Source: Anaeromyxobacteraceae bacterium
Lineage (GTDB): Bacteria; Myxococcota; Myxococcia; Myxococcales; Anaeromyxobacteraceae
Direction of reading: 5' to 3'
DNA: 64,000 nt
Assembly (NCBI GenBank): GCA_047602405.1
Contig: JASGHJ010000001.1
Coordinates: forward strand, 1,536,001 to 1,600,000
In this document: positions 1-9,813 of the stretch, in pieces
Numbering within the stretch: position 1 is the first letter of the stretch
Layout: the number at the start of each line of letters is the position of its first letter
Program-made: the position numbers and the translations under genes
Notes under the pieces: model-generated
Seen by the model: the letters and a program-made list of their open reading frames with translations, nothing else
The model's database searches: none
Told to the model about the DNA's origin: nothing

Positions 1-141
1 ATCCGGCTCGCCGCGTACGCGGAGCTGTCGGAGACCGCGCCGCCGCCGAGCGGGTACGACGCGGACTGGGACCTGCCGCGCCTGCAGCAGGCGACCGCGG
101 ACTGGGCGGCGTGGTGGGCGAGGTCGGGCCTCGTGATCTAA
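1..141 (+). CDS. 3' end of a hypothetical protein (partial, enters from left edge)
   Basis: Frame 1 is open from base 1 with GC-rich codons: IRLAAYAELSE...WAAWWARSGLVI, stop TAA at 139-141. The final A is the first base of the element TIR. Confidence 0.6.
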   Translation: MRLAAYAELSETAPPPSGYDADWDLPRLQQATADWAAWWARSGLVI

Positions 142-2075
142 GAGCTGTCCCATAATTCGCCAAGCGGCGAGTGGGGCAGTCCGGTTCGCCATCGGGCCCG
201 CTCGGACGTGGACTCTCGTGAGAGAGGCTCATCCCGGGTAGGGCCCGTGGCCGTTCCGGCGGTTCGCCGAGCCACCGGCGAAGAGGCCGGTGTGGACGTC
301 CGCCACGCGGGGCAACTGGCCTCGCGGACGAAGAGGTCGTTTGACTCGGACCGGGTGTCTTGCCACCCGAGCGGCAGGTAGGGAGTGAGGAGGCGCTGGA
401 GGTCGGGGCGGGACTCGCGCGCGGCGGCGTAGTCGACGCGCGCCGAAGCGGGTTCGCCGGGGAGGTCGAGCACGACGAAGCTCGCGAGCACCGCGGAGAC
501 GGCGTCGCGGTCACCTTCGAGGCCGCAGCGCGGACAGCGGTGGACCCGGACGGCGAGGGTCTTCGGTACGCGGGCGCCACAGGGGCAGCGCTGGGAGAGC
601 GTGGTCGTGCGGGTGGGGATCCGGACCACGCCTCCTCTGGCCTTGGCGACGGCTGCGACGGCCCGGGCCTCGCGGTCGATGGCCGAGACGAGCAGGCCCG
701 GCGTGAAAGCGGCGACGCCGCGGCCCCAGTGTCGCGCCCAGGCGGAGATGGGGCCTTCCTCGACGAAGACCTTGTAGCCGTGCGTGCGGACGACCTCCGC
801 GGCCACCCGCCGGGCACCGTCGCGCCGAGCCTGTGCAGCAGCGGCGGCGTCAGCGACCTCTTCCGCCCGGAGCCTCCGGTGACGACGGGTGAGCCGGTCG
901 CCGCGGTAGGCCTGGAGCGGAGCGCCATCGGACCTCGCGACCCTCGGCCCCTGGGGGATGACCTCCACGGGCGGGAGGCCCGCGGCGGCGCGCCGACGGG
1001 CGCGCTTCTCCTGCCGCTTGGACAGCCGGTACTGCTCGCTGTTGGCGACCCGGCGGGAGCGCTCCAGGGCTCGCTGCCTGCGACGCTCGCGGCGTCCCCG
1101 GCCACGGTCCCGCTCCTTCGTGGCCGCGTCGCGCTCGATCCGCGTGAGCCGAAGATCGCCTCCCGCCACCTGGGAGGCGACGGTCAGGTTCGACACGTTG
1201 ACATCCACTCCAGCCACGCGGCCGGGCTCGGCGAGGGCGACCTCCGCGCGGCGCGCCCTCGTCGCAGGGGAGACGTAGGGCTCCTTCAGCACCATCAGGT
1301 GGGCTTCGTAGCGCCAGCCGCCAGGTACGTGTGGCGCTCGGGTGCGGACGACATCGACCTTGTGCCAGAGGCTCGGGTCGGCGAGGTGGTAGTCGAGGAT
1401 GGGTTGGTTGCAGGGAGCCGTGGGGAGTCGAACCGGAAGCACCAGCGTGCCGTCGGCGAGCCCGCTGAACACGAGCACCAGCGGACCCTGGTAGGCCCAC
1501 CAGTCGACGCGCCCGCTCGGAGCCGACGCGACCTCACGACGACCGACGAGCGAGCCGTGGAGCCGGAAGGTCTCCCACTTCCGATCCTTCGTATGCGAGC
1601 GCGCGCGACCGGGCAGCCTCCTGAAGTCGAACCACCGCCCGACGTGGAGCAGCCCCTGGCGTTTCCCGGTCGCGTCCGGAAACAGGTGCCGCTCCACCGC
1701 CGACCAGACCGAATCGGCGAGGTGCATCGCGAGCGCCTTCGTGACGAAACGCCGGAGGTAAGGCGCCGCGTCGAGGCAGGCGTAGGCGGCGTGTTCGAGC
1801 GCGTCGCGGCTGAGGCCGAGCCGGTCGCGCGTGCCCGCGCCATCCCGGGCCCGTTCGTGCCTCGCCGCCCAGTAGGCCCGCGCACGGTTGCGGGCCGCCC
1901 GCTGCAACGCCCGCCGCACCCGGTACGCGTCGGCGAACATCCTCTCGAGCCGCCTGCGCTGCAGGGGATCGTGGACGTCGAGCGCGAGCCGCAGGACCGA
2001 CACGCCGTCCTCCGGGCGGCGCGCCCAGGGCTCCTGGCGGTTCGGACCGCGGGTCCGCTTGGCCTCGACTTCCAC
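138..2075 (-). CDS. tnpB: TnpB-like RNA-guided RuvC endonuclease (long form, 645 aa)
   Basis: RuvC-I AGVDVNV, Arg-rich helix, RuvC-II VFVEE, zinc ribbon SQRCPCG...CPRCG, RuvC-III DRDAVSA. The D/E/D triad is intact. Confidence 0.85.
   Translation of the reverse strand: MEVEAKRTRGPNRQEPWARRPEDGVSVLRLALDVHDPLQRRRLERMFADAYRVRRALQRAARNRARAYWAARHERARDGAGTRDRLGLSRDALEHAAYACLDAAPYLRRFVTKALAMHLADSVWSAVERHLFPDATGKRQGLLHVGRWFDFRRLPGRARSHTKDRKWETFRLHGSLVGRREVASAPSGRVDWWAYQGPLVLVFSGLADGTLVLPVRLPTAPCNQPILDYHLADPSLWHKVDVVRTRAPHVPGGWRYEAHLMVLKEPYVSPATRARRAEVALAEPGRVAGVDVNVSNLTVASQVAGGDLRLTRIERDAATKERDRGRGRRERRRQRALERSRRVANSEQYRLSKRQEKRARRRAAAGLPPVEVIPQGPRVARSDGAPLQAYRGDRLTRRHRRLRAEEVADAAAAAQARRDGARRVAAEVVRTHGYKVFVEEGPISAWARHWGRGVAAFTPGLLVSAIDREARAVAAVAKARGGVVRIPTRTTTLSQRCPCGARVPKTLAVRVHRCPRCGLEGDRDAVSAVLASFVVLDLPGEPASARVDYAAARESRPDLQRLLTPYLPLGWQDTRSESNDLFVREASCPAWRTSTPASSPVARRTAGTATGPTRDEPLSRESTSERARWRTGLPHSPLGELWDSS
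141..370 (-). ncRNA. Putative omegaRNA scaffold overlapping the tnpB 3' end
   Basis: Dense hairpins: 157-161/166-170, 193-199/241-247 enclosing 213-217/222-226, and 273-279/286-292. Lies between RuvC-III and the element end, where TnpB omegaRNAs are encoded. Boundaries approximate. Confidence 0.55.
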
Positions 2076-2081
2076 ATCTTC

Positions 2082-2114
2082 ACGCTACGCCAACCCCCTG
2101 ACAGGGCGTTCAGG
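2082..2114 (-). promoter_or_regulatory. Putative leaderless tnpB promoter with DNA-damage-type motifs
   Basis: TGTCAG(2103-2098)-N10-TAGCGT(2087-2082), 6 nt before the GTG start. Overlapping CTGACAGGGCGTTCAGG (2098-2114, + strand) resembles the Myxococcus LexA box. Confidence 0.5.
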
Positions 2115-2337
2115 TCCGGCCCTCGCGTGAACCGGGGCAACGCCCGAGATTTCACGATCCAGTAACCACGCATCCCCTGCCGACCCGCCGACTGCTCGTC
2201 CTCGCGGCCCTCTCCGGGCGCGACCTCGCTCGCTTCCGGCGCATGCTTCCCTCATCGCCGACGCGGCCGCCACCTCGCGGACACCGTGCCGCTGTCTCCG
2301 TCCCTCACAAGCTCAAGCGGGACTTATGGGACAGCTC

Positions 2338-3221
2338 TTAGGCGTGGGGGCCTTCCTTCGCCGCGGCGACCTCCCGCCAGCCGAGGATCCAGGTCAGCCT
2401 GTCCGGCGCGGAGCCGTAGACCCAGCCCCTCGTCTCCGCCGCCGCTAGGCGGCGGCTACGCTCGGGGCGTACGGACCCAGGGAATCCATCTCCGACCATC
2501 CCGAGCGTAGGCCCGCGGCAGCGGGCCGGAGTCGAGGGACGCCGACGCGTGAGCAGCCGGCCACCGTGCACTCGCCGCCGTCACGCACCATGATCGGGTG
2601 CGCGTTCTTCAGCTTCTCGTGCACGATCGGCGTCCAGACCTTCAGGCAGTGCCGCGCGATGGCCTCGATCGCGTCCGGGAGCGGGATCCACTGCCCCGCC
2701 GCCTTCCGGGCGGCCTGGACGGCCTCCGCGAGGAGGCCGTCGATCTCCTCGGTGACGAAGACGTCGAGGTAGTCCCTGTTCCACATCTGGCTGTGGAGCT
2801 CCGCCATCGTCTCCCGCTGGAGCGTGATGCAGGTCTTCCCGGCGGCCTCCTCGATCTTCGCGGCGACGTCCTCCGCCGTGGCGAGCTTCGAGACCAGCCG
2901 CGCCTGCTCGTAGGAGAGCTTCCCGGAGCGCATCGCCTCGCGGAGCTGCGGGAGCTCCTGGCACTTCTGCTCGAAGCGCACGAGCCGGCGCACGAAGGCG
3001 GCCTTGAGGCCCAGCTTCTCGCGCGCGAAGTCGGTGATCTGCGAGTAGCCGAGCTCGAGCTCGCCGGAGACGTCCATGAGCTCGCCGAGCTTCTGGCCGA
3101 TCGCGAGGTCGAGCGCGCCGCGATCGCGGGCGACGCGCACGGCGAGGGCGTCGAGCGCGACGAAGCCGCCGACGGGCGGGGTTTCGGAGCCGACCTCCGG
3201 ACTGGCGGAGCTCTCGACCAT
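2338..3221 (-). pseudogene. DUF222-like/HNH endonuclease with its HNH core replaced by REP-like repeats
   Basis: From ATG 3221: DUF222-like helical region, then RDGGECTVAGCSR, then REP sequence (2426-2541). The typical tail RGWVYGSAPDRLTWILG resumes in another frame and stops at 2338-2340. Confidence 0.7.
2426..2541. repeat. Inverted doublet of REP-like palindromic repeats
   Basis: 2426-2474 (reverse) and 2492-2541 (forward) match the consensus CCGTTCRTCCYGAGCGTAG-[hairpin]-CGGAGWCGAGGGACG. Confidence 0.85.
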
Positions 3222-3251
3222 GCTGCACGGGTGTACAGCGCGGGTCTGACA
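3222..3251 (-). promoter_or_regulatory. LexA-box-like operator/promoter of the DUF222/HNH gene
   Basis: CTGTACACCCGTGCAGC (3238-3222) abuts the ATG and matches CTRHAMRYBYGTTCAGS at 16/17. Also TGTCAG-N10-TACACC. Confidence 0.55.
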
Positions 3252-3316
3252 TTTTCGTTGGGGCGCAGCGACAACCCCATCTGGGACCCCGCCCGGCACT
3301 CACGGGCGCCGCCGGC

Positions 3317-3410
3317 TCACCCTCGCGCAGGCCCCTGCAGCCTGAGCACGTTCCCATCGAGGTCGGCGACGTACAGCTCCCGGACGCCCCAGGTCTGGTC
3401 CGGCCGCGGT
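3317..3410 (-). pseudogene. C-terminal remnant of a VOC/glyoxalase-bleomycin-resistance protein
   Basis: PDQTWGVRELYVADLDGNVLRL is a typical VOC C-terminal motif. No matching N-terminus upstream. Confidence 0.5.
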
Positions 3411-3476
3411 CCGCCGCCACCCGCCGCCACCCATCCGGCGACCGCCCCGGCACGCTGGCTGCACTTCGATGGCCCC

Positions 3477-3686
3477 ATGCTCGCACTCGCCGCCGACTCG
3501 CTCGCCATGCTCGGGGTCATCGCCGCCATCGCCGCGTCGTGGGCCGGCGCCATCGCGCTCGTCGCGCTCGCATATGCCTCCGCCACGACGGGCCTTCGCG
3601 TCGCGGTCGCGCGCGTGCGCCGGCCGCGGCTCGCGCGCGAGGCCGCTGCGTGGACCGCCGCGCCGGGCCTCGCCGCGGCGAAGTGA
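3477..3686 (+). CDS. Small hypothetical membrane protein
   Basis: MLALAADSLAMLGVIAAIAASWAGAIALVALAY forms one hydrophobic helix, followed by a basic tail. Confidence 0.45.
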   Translation: MLALAADSLAMLGVIAAIAASWAGAIALVALAYASATTGLRVAVARVRRPRLAREAAAWTAAPGLAAAK

Positions 3687-3773
3687 CACGACCCCGCGGG
3701 GCTCGCGGCTGAACGGAAACCGGGCGCGCCGGTGCCGCCGGATCGGGCAGCGGCCTGCTCGTGGACGGGGGCG

Positions 3774-3826
3774 CCCCTCGTCTCCGCCGTGGCCCGAGGC
3801 CACGGCCACGCTCGGGACGAACGGGG
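3774..3826 (-). repeat. REP-like palindromic repeat
   Basis: CCCCTCGTCTCCG-hairpin-CCACGCTCGGGACGAACGG. Confidence 0.8.
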
Positions 3827-3871
3827 AACGGCTACTTCTTCGGCACCGGCTCGTCGGTCGAGCGCGCCGCG

Positions 3872-4219
3872 CTACTTCGGAACGGGCTTCTCCGCCGCCG
3901 CCGGCGCCGGCAGCGTCGACTCCGGGTAGTTCACGGTCACGTCGAGCCACGTGAGCCCGTCCGTGCCCGCGCCGCCCGGCGCGAGGAACACCTTGTAGCG
4001 CCGGACCACGCCGCAGACGTCGAGGTCCTGCGTCGTGCCCCACGCGTCGGAGCGCAGCACGCGCACGCTCTGGACCGGGCAGCCGTGCTCGAACGCAGCC
4101 TGGTTCACGAGGATGGCCTGCGCGTGGCGGAAGTCGTGCCCGGCCATCGGCAGGTGGACGCAGGCGGCGCCGCCGAGGACGACGGCGGCGAGGAGGGCGA
4201 GGCGGAGCGGGGTGCGCAT
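3872..4219 (-). CDS. Putative lipoprotein
   Basis: Signal peptide MRTPLRLALLAAVVLGGAAC with lipobox Cys. GGAGG RBS upstream. Confidence 0.7.
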   Translation of the reverse strand: MRTPLRLALLAAVVLGGAACVHLPMAGHDFRHAQAILVNQAAFEHGCPVQSVRVLRSDAWGTTQDLDVCGVVRRYKVFLAPGGAGTDGLTWLDVTVNYPESTLPAPAAAEKPVPK

Positions 4220-4242
4220 GGTGACCTCCGGGGCCTTCGATT

Positions 4243-5145
4243 CTACCTCGCGAGGAGCGGCGCGAGGTCGTTCCTCGTCGCGAGCGAGCGCCACTTCTGC
4301 CGCATGGTGCACGCCCAGCGCGCGGCAAGCTGTCCCCACCGCACCGCCTCCTCGGGTGCCTTTCCGAGGAGCGCGTGCGCCGTGAGGAACCCCGCCGCGA
4401 GGCAGTCGCCCGCGCCGTTCGTGTCCACGACCGGCCGGCCGGGCAGGTCCTCCGGCGGGAACGTCCGGAACCGCCCGCCGTGGAGCAGCCCCGCGCCGCG
4501 CGCGCCCATCCCCACCACGATCGTGGCCCGCGGGTTCCGCGCGCGCAGCGCCTCCGCGAGCGCGGCGGGCTCGAGGTTCACCGCCGAGCAGAACAGGAAC
4601 TCCGCCGCCGCGATGAAGTCGGCGCGGTACGGATCGTCCACGCCCGACATGTCCTGGAGGTCCACCGACACGCGCACGCCGAGGTCACGGGCGATGGGCA
4701 GGAGCCGCCGCGCCCAGTTCGGCAGGTGGACGTGCGCGAGCTTCGCGCCCGCGAGGAACGCCCGGCACGCGGCGAGGTCCGGCGCGAGCGTCATGTGCGA
4801 CTTCCCGTCGTAGAAGTTCTTCCGGGTCCCGTCGCGCGCCATCAGGTTCACGCTGCGTGACGTGCCCGCGGGGTCCGTGAACAGCAGCCGGTCGACGCCG
4901 CCCGCGGCGAGCTCCTCGGCGATCCACCGGCCGAGCGGGTCGTCGCCCACGTGGCCGATGAAGCCGGTCCGCGATCCCAGCGCCGCGAGCGCGAGCGACG
5001 AGTACCCGCCGGCCTGCCCGATGGTGTCGAGGTCCTCGGTGAACGTGGACTCGAGCGCGCCGGTGAACCGGTCCGTGGGCAGGTAGACGTTCGTGTCGAC
5101 GCCGACGTTGCCGATCACCACGACTTCACGGAGGGAAGCAGCCAT
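4243..5145 (-). CDS. PfkB-family carbohydrate kinase
   Basis: GHVGDDPLG and VDTNGAGD PfkB signatures. Confidence 0.9.
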   Translation of the reverse strand: MAASLREVVVIGNVGVDTNVYLPTDRFTGALESTFTEDLDTIGQAGGYSSLALAALGSRTGFIGHVGDDPLGRWIAEELAAGGVDRLLFTDPAGTSRSVNLMARDGTRKNFYDGKSHMTLAPDLAACRAFLAGAKLAHVHLPNWARRLLPIARDLGVRVSVDLQDMSGVDDPYRADFIAAAEFLFCSAVNLEPAALAEALRARNPRATIVVGMGARGAGLLHGGRFRTFPPEDLPGRPVVDTNGAGDCLAAGFLTAHALLGKAPEEAVRWGQLAARWACTMRQKWRSLATRNDLAPLLAR

Positions 5146-5274
5146 CCGCACCCAGGTTAGCCGGGGTCCGCGCGGCGCGTCACGCGTGTCCGGCACCATT
5201 CCCTTGCCACCCCGGAAGGGCCGTCAGTATGCTCGCGGCCCCCGAGTCTCACTCCACCCCGCCCAGAGGCCGCC

Positions 5275-6838
<1,564 letters not shown>

Positions 6839-6845
6839 GCGCGCG

Positions 6846-6868
6846 CCCTACGCTCGGGACGAACGGGG
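6846..6868 (-). repeat. Partial REP-like repeat
   Basis: CCTACGCTCGGGACGAACGGG, between convergent genes. Confidence 0.7.
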
Positions 6869-6895
6869 GTTGTTCCCACCCGTGAGCGAACGGAC

Positions 6896-7522
6896 TCAGT
6901 GAACGAACGGCGCCGGCGCCTCCGCCCCCGTCCCCACCTCGGCGATCGGCCCGAGCGCGGCGCGGTCCACGCGCTCCTTGCCGGTGATCGCGCGGCCCGC
7001 GCGGCGGAGCAGCCACGCGAGACCCCTGCCCGCGTCGCGCGCGAGCCGGCCCGGGGCCTCCCTCGAGAAGAGCCCGGGGTTCTGCGCGGGCGGCCCGCCG
7101 AGCACCTTCACGCCGGCGCCGTGCGCGTAGACGATGTCGCCGCCGAGGTACGCGGTGTAGACCGAGGCCGCGGTCGCCACGATCGCGGAGGCCGCCGAGG
7201 TCGCGCTCGCCCGGTGGGCGCTCCGCCAGGCGGCGACGCCGAACGCCGCGGCGACGAGGCCGAAGTTCCCGATCCCGTGCAGGAAGAGCTTGTCGCGCGC
7301 CTGGGGGCTCTCGAGCTCGATCTCCTGGGAGGCGGCCATGCCGGTGAGGCCCACGAGGAGCGCGCTCCCGGCCGTCGTCCACCAGAGCCGCCGGCCGAAG
7401 CGGTCGAGCCGCCGGTCCCGTGGGCGCACCGCGGCGAGCACCTCCACCCCCGCCGCGAAGGGCAGGAGCGCGAGCGGGGCGTGGACGATCGCCGGGTGCA
7501 GCTCGTGGGTGCGGAGCGTCAT
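6896..7522 (-). CDS. DUF2231-like membrane protein
   Basis: LHPAIVHAPLAL motif, 4 hydrophobic helices, YLGGDIVYAHGAGV. Confidence 0.75.
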   Translation of the reverse strand: MTLRTHELHPAIVHAPLALLPFAAGVEVLAAVRPRDRRLDRFGRRLWWTTAGSALLVGLTGMAASQEIELESPQARDKLFLHGIGNFGLVAAAFGVAAWRSAHRASATSAASAIVATAASVYTAYLGGDIVYAHGAGVKVLGGPPAQNPGLFSREAPGRLARDAGRGLAWLLRRAGRAITGKERVDRAALGPIAEVGTGAEAPAPFVH

Positions 7523-7589
7523 GCGTGAAACGTGGGGTTGACCCGGGCGGCGCCGCAACGGGCGCGCACGCGCCTGCTAGGATGCCCGG

Positions 7590-7790
7590 GTGGCGAAGAA
7601 GGACGACCTCACGCCGCTCTCGAGCACCGGCCGGAAGTACCTCGACGGCACGGCGCGGACACGCCTCCAGTCGCCCGGCATCGAGCACTACCCTTCGCGG
7701 GGCGGGGGCAGGGCGCGGACGATCGGCATCGCGCTCGCGCTCGCGGCCGCGCTCGTGGGGTTCATGCTGTGGGGGATGCAGGGGCGCTGA
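7590..7790 (+). CDS. Small hypothetical protein with C-terminal membrane anchor
   Basis: 66-aa ORF with typical codon usage and one C-terminal TM helix. Confidence 0.6.
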   Translation: MAKKDDLTPLSSTGRKYLDGTARTRLQSPGIEHYPSRGGGRARTIGIALALAAALVGFMLWGMQGR

Positions 7791-7834
7791 CGTCTTTCGA
7801 CGGGCTCGGGACGCGCGGAGCCGCCGGACGAACG

Positions 7835-7861
7835 AAAGCCCGGCCGCACGCTGGCCGGGCT
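7835..7861. terminator. Intrinsic terminator between convergent genes
   Basis: GCCCGGCC...GGCCGGGC stem, followed by TTTC on the minus strand. Confidence 0.55.
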
Positions 7862-7891
7862 CTCGCGCAAGCTACAGGGGGGAACTGCCGT

Positions 7892-8095
7892 CTACGTCTT
7901 GCGGACGTTCGCGGCCTGAAGGCCCTTCGGACCCTTCACGACGTCGAACTCCACCTTCTGACCCTCGGCGAGGCTCTTGAAGCCGTCACCCTGGATGGCG
8001 GAGTAGTGGCAGAAGACGTCCTCGCCACCGTTGTCCTGCGTGATGAAGCCGAAGCCCTTCGCATCGTTGAACCACTTCACGGTACCAGTCGCCAT
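7892..8095 (-). CDS. cspA: Cold-shock protein
   Basis: [34 protein letters not shown]. Confidence 0.97.
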   Translation of the reverse strand: MATGTVKWFNDAKGFGFITQDNGGEDVFCHYSAIQGDGFKSLAEGQKVEFDVVKGPKGLQAANVRKT

Positions 8096-8436
8096 TCAAC
8101 GTCTCTTTCGCTGGAAACGACCGCCGGCATGACGTTCGGTCCGCCCCGAACCGGCGGACCCGAGATCCCTATCCGAAAAAATCGAAGGCGGAAAGAGATC
8201 ACGCTCCGTGCACGGATCGTACTCATCTGGGATATCGCCAGCCGTGAACTAGACCTGAGCGGTCAGGTTCACGTTCCGTCGCCCAGACGTTCTGTGGGTG
8301 GCCGTCCGAGCAAGCCCAGGTCTCACGCCACGCTGCGCCAAGCCCCCGGGGAGCCCGTCCTCCGGATCACCGCCGCCGACCACCGGGATCCCGCCCCGAG
8401 ACCTGCGGGCCACCCTGCGCTAGGCTCCCCGCCTTC

Positions 8437-9792
8437 ATGACCTCGAGCGTCACGCCCGCCGCGCAGCAGCCCCTCGTCGTGGCGGTCGACATGGGCTACG
8501 GCCACATGCGCGCCGCGACGCCGCTCGCCCGCATGCTCGGCACGGAGGTCGTGCAGGTGGACCGGCCGCCGCTCGTCGGGCCGGAGGAGGTGCGCACCTG
8601 GACGCGCCTGCGCAACGCGTACGAGACGGTCTCCCGGCTCTCCCAGGTGCCGATCGTGGGCGCGCCGCTCCGCTACGCGCTCGAGAGCGTGACCGACATC
8701 CCGCGGCTCTACCCGTACCGCGACCTCTCGGCGCCGACGCGCGGCGTGCGCACGCTCCACGGGCTCATCGCGAAGCGCGGGCTCGGCCGCGCGCTCGTCG
8801 AGCGGCTGCGCGAGACGGGGCAGCCGCTCCTCACGACCTTCTACTCGCCCGCCATCGTCGCGGACCACCACGGGCTCGACCGCGTCTTCTGCGTCGTCAC
8901 CGACACCGACCTCAACCGCGTCTGGGCGCCGCTCGACCCCCGGGCGACGCGCATCCAGTACCTCGTGCCCACCGCGCGGGCGCGCCGCCGCCTGCGCTCC
9001 TACGGCGTGCCGGCGGAGCGGATCACCGAGACCGGCTTCCCGCTGCCCCACGAGCTCCTCGGCGGCCCGGGGCTGCCGATCCTCAAGCGCAACCTCGCCG
9101 CCCGGCTCGTCCGGCTGGACCCGAAGGGCGAGTTCCGGCGCTCCATCCCCGAGGAGCTCGCGCACTTCCTCGGCGCGCTGGCGGCGGAGGAGGCCGGCAA
9201 GCCCGCCCACGTGGTGTTCGCGGTGGGTGGCGCGGGCGCGCAGTCCGAGCTCGCGGCCCGCTTCCTGCCGTCGATGCGCCGCGCGATCGAGGAGCTCCGG
9301 ATCCGTGTGACGCTGGTCGCGGGCGTGCGGCCCGAGGTCGAGGCGCGCTTCCGGGAGATCCTCCGCGGCGCGCGGCTCGAGCCGCTCCTCGGCCGCGGCG
9401 TCGACATCCTGCGCGGCGACGGCTTCGACGACTACTACGCGCGCTTCAACGCGCTCCTCGCCGGCGCGGACGTGCTCTGGACGAAGCCCTCCGAGCTCGC
9501 GTTCTACGCGGCGCTCGGGATCCCGCTCCTGTTCTCGAAGCCGGTGGGCGTGCACGAGCGCTACAACCGGCGCTGGGTGGTCGAGGCCGGCGCGGGGCTC
9601 AAGATGCGCGGCCTCGACAGCGCCGGCGAGTGGCTCTCCGACTGGCTCTCCGACGGCCTCCTCGCCTCGGCGGCGTGGTCGGGGTACATGCGCCTGCCGA
9701 AGTTCGGGCTCTACCGGATCCTGGAGGCGGTGGGCGCCTCGCCGCACGGGCGCGTCGGCGGCGGCACCGCGGCGACGCGGCTCGGCCTCTAG
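8437..9792 (+). CDS. Glycosyltransferase-like protein (GT-B / MGDG-synthase-like)
   Basis: DMGYGHMRAA, VVTDTD, ADVLWTKPSE motifs. Co-oriented with an acyltransferase. Confidence 0.6.
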   Translation: MTSSVTPAAQQPLVVAVDMGYGHMRAATPLARMLGTEVVQVDRPPLVGPEEVRTWTRLRNAYETVSRLSQVPIVGAPLRYALESVTDIPRLYPYRDLSAPTRGVRTLHGLIAKRGLGRALVERLRETGQPLLTTFYSPAIVADHHGLDRVFCVVTDTDLNRVWAPLDPRATRIQYLVPTARARRRLRSYGVPAERITETGFPLPHELLGGPGLPILKRNLAARLVRLDPKGEFRRSIPEELAHFLGALAAEEAGKPAHVVFAVGGAGAQSELAARFLPSMRRAIEELRIRVTLVAGVRPEVEARFREILRGARLEPLLGRGVDILRGDGFDDYYARFNALLAGADVLWTKPSELAFYAALGIPLLFSKPVGVHERYNRRWVVEAGAGLKMRGLDSAGEWLSDWLSDGLLASAAWSGYMRLPKFGLYRILEAVGASPHGRVGGGTAATRLGL

Positions 9793-9813
9793 CGCGGGTG
9801 GTCCCGGGGAACC

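Larger units (their letters stand above)
141..2338 (-). mobile_element. Non-autonomous TIR-bounded element carrying a TnpB-like nuclease
   Basis: AGAGCTGTCCCATAA at 141-155 and its perfect inverse TTATGGGACAGCTCT at 2324-2338. TA flanks both ends (139-140, 2339-2340) and the reconstructed empty site is CTAG. No transposase ORF inside. Confidence 0.85.

Noticed and set aside
138..2075. Type V CRISPR effector (Cas12)
   Set aside because: No CRISPR array or cas genes in the window. TIR ends and the structured 3' region fit a transposon-encoded TnpB.
2076..2338. Transposase remnant inside the element
   Set aside because: Short ORFs here show no Y1, serine-recombinase or DDE motifs.
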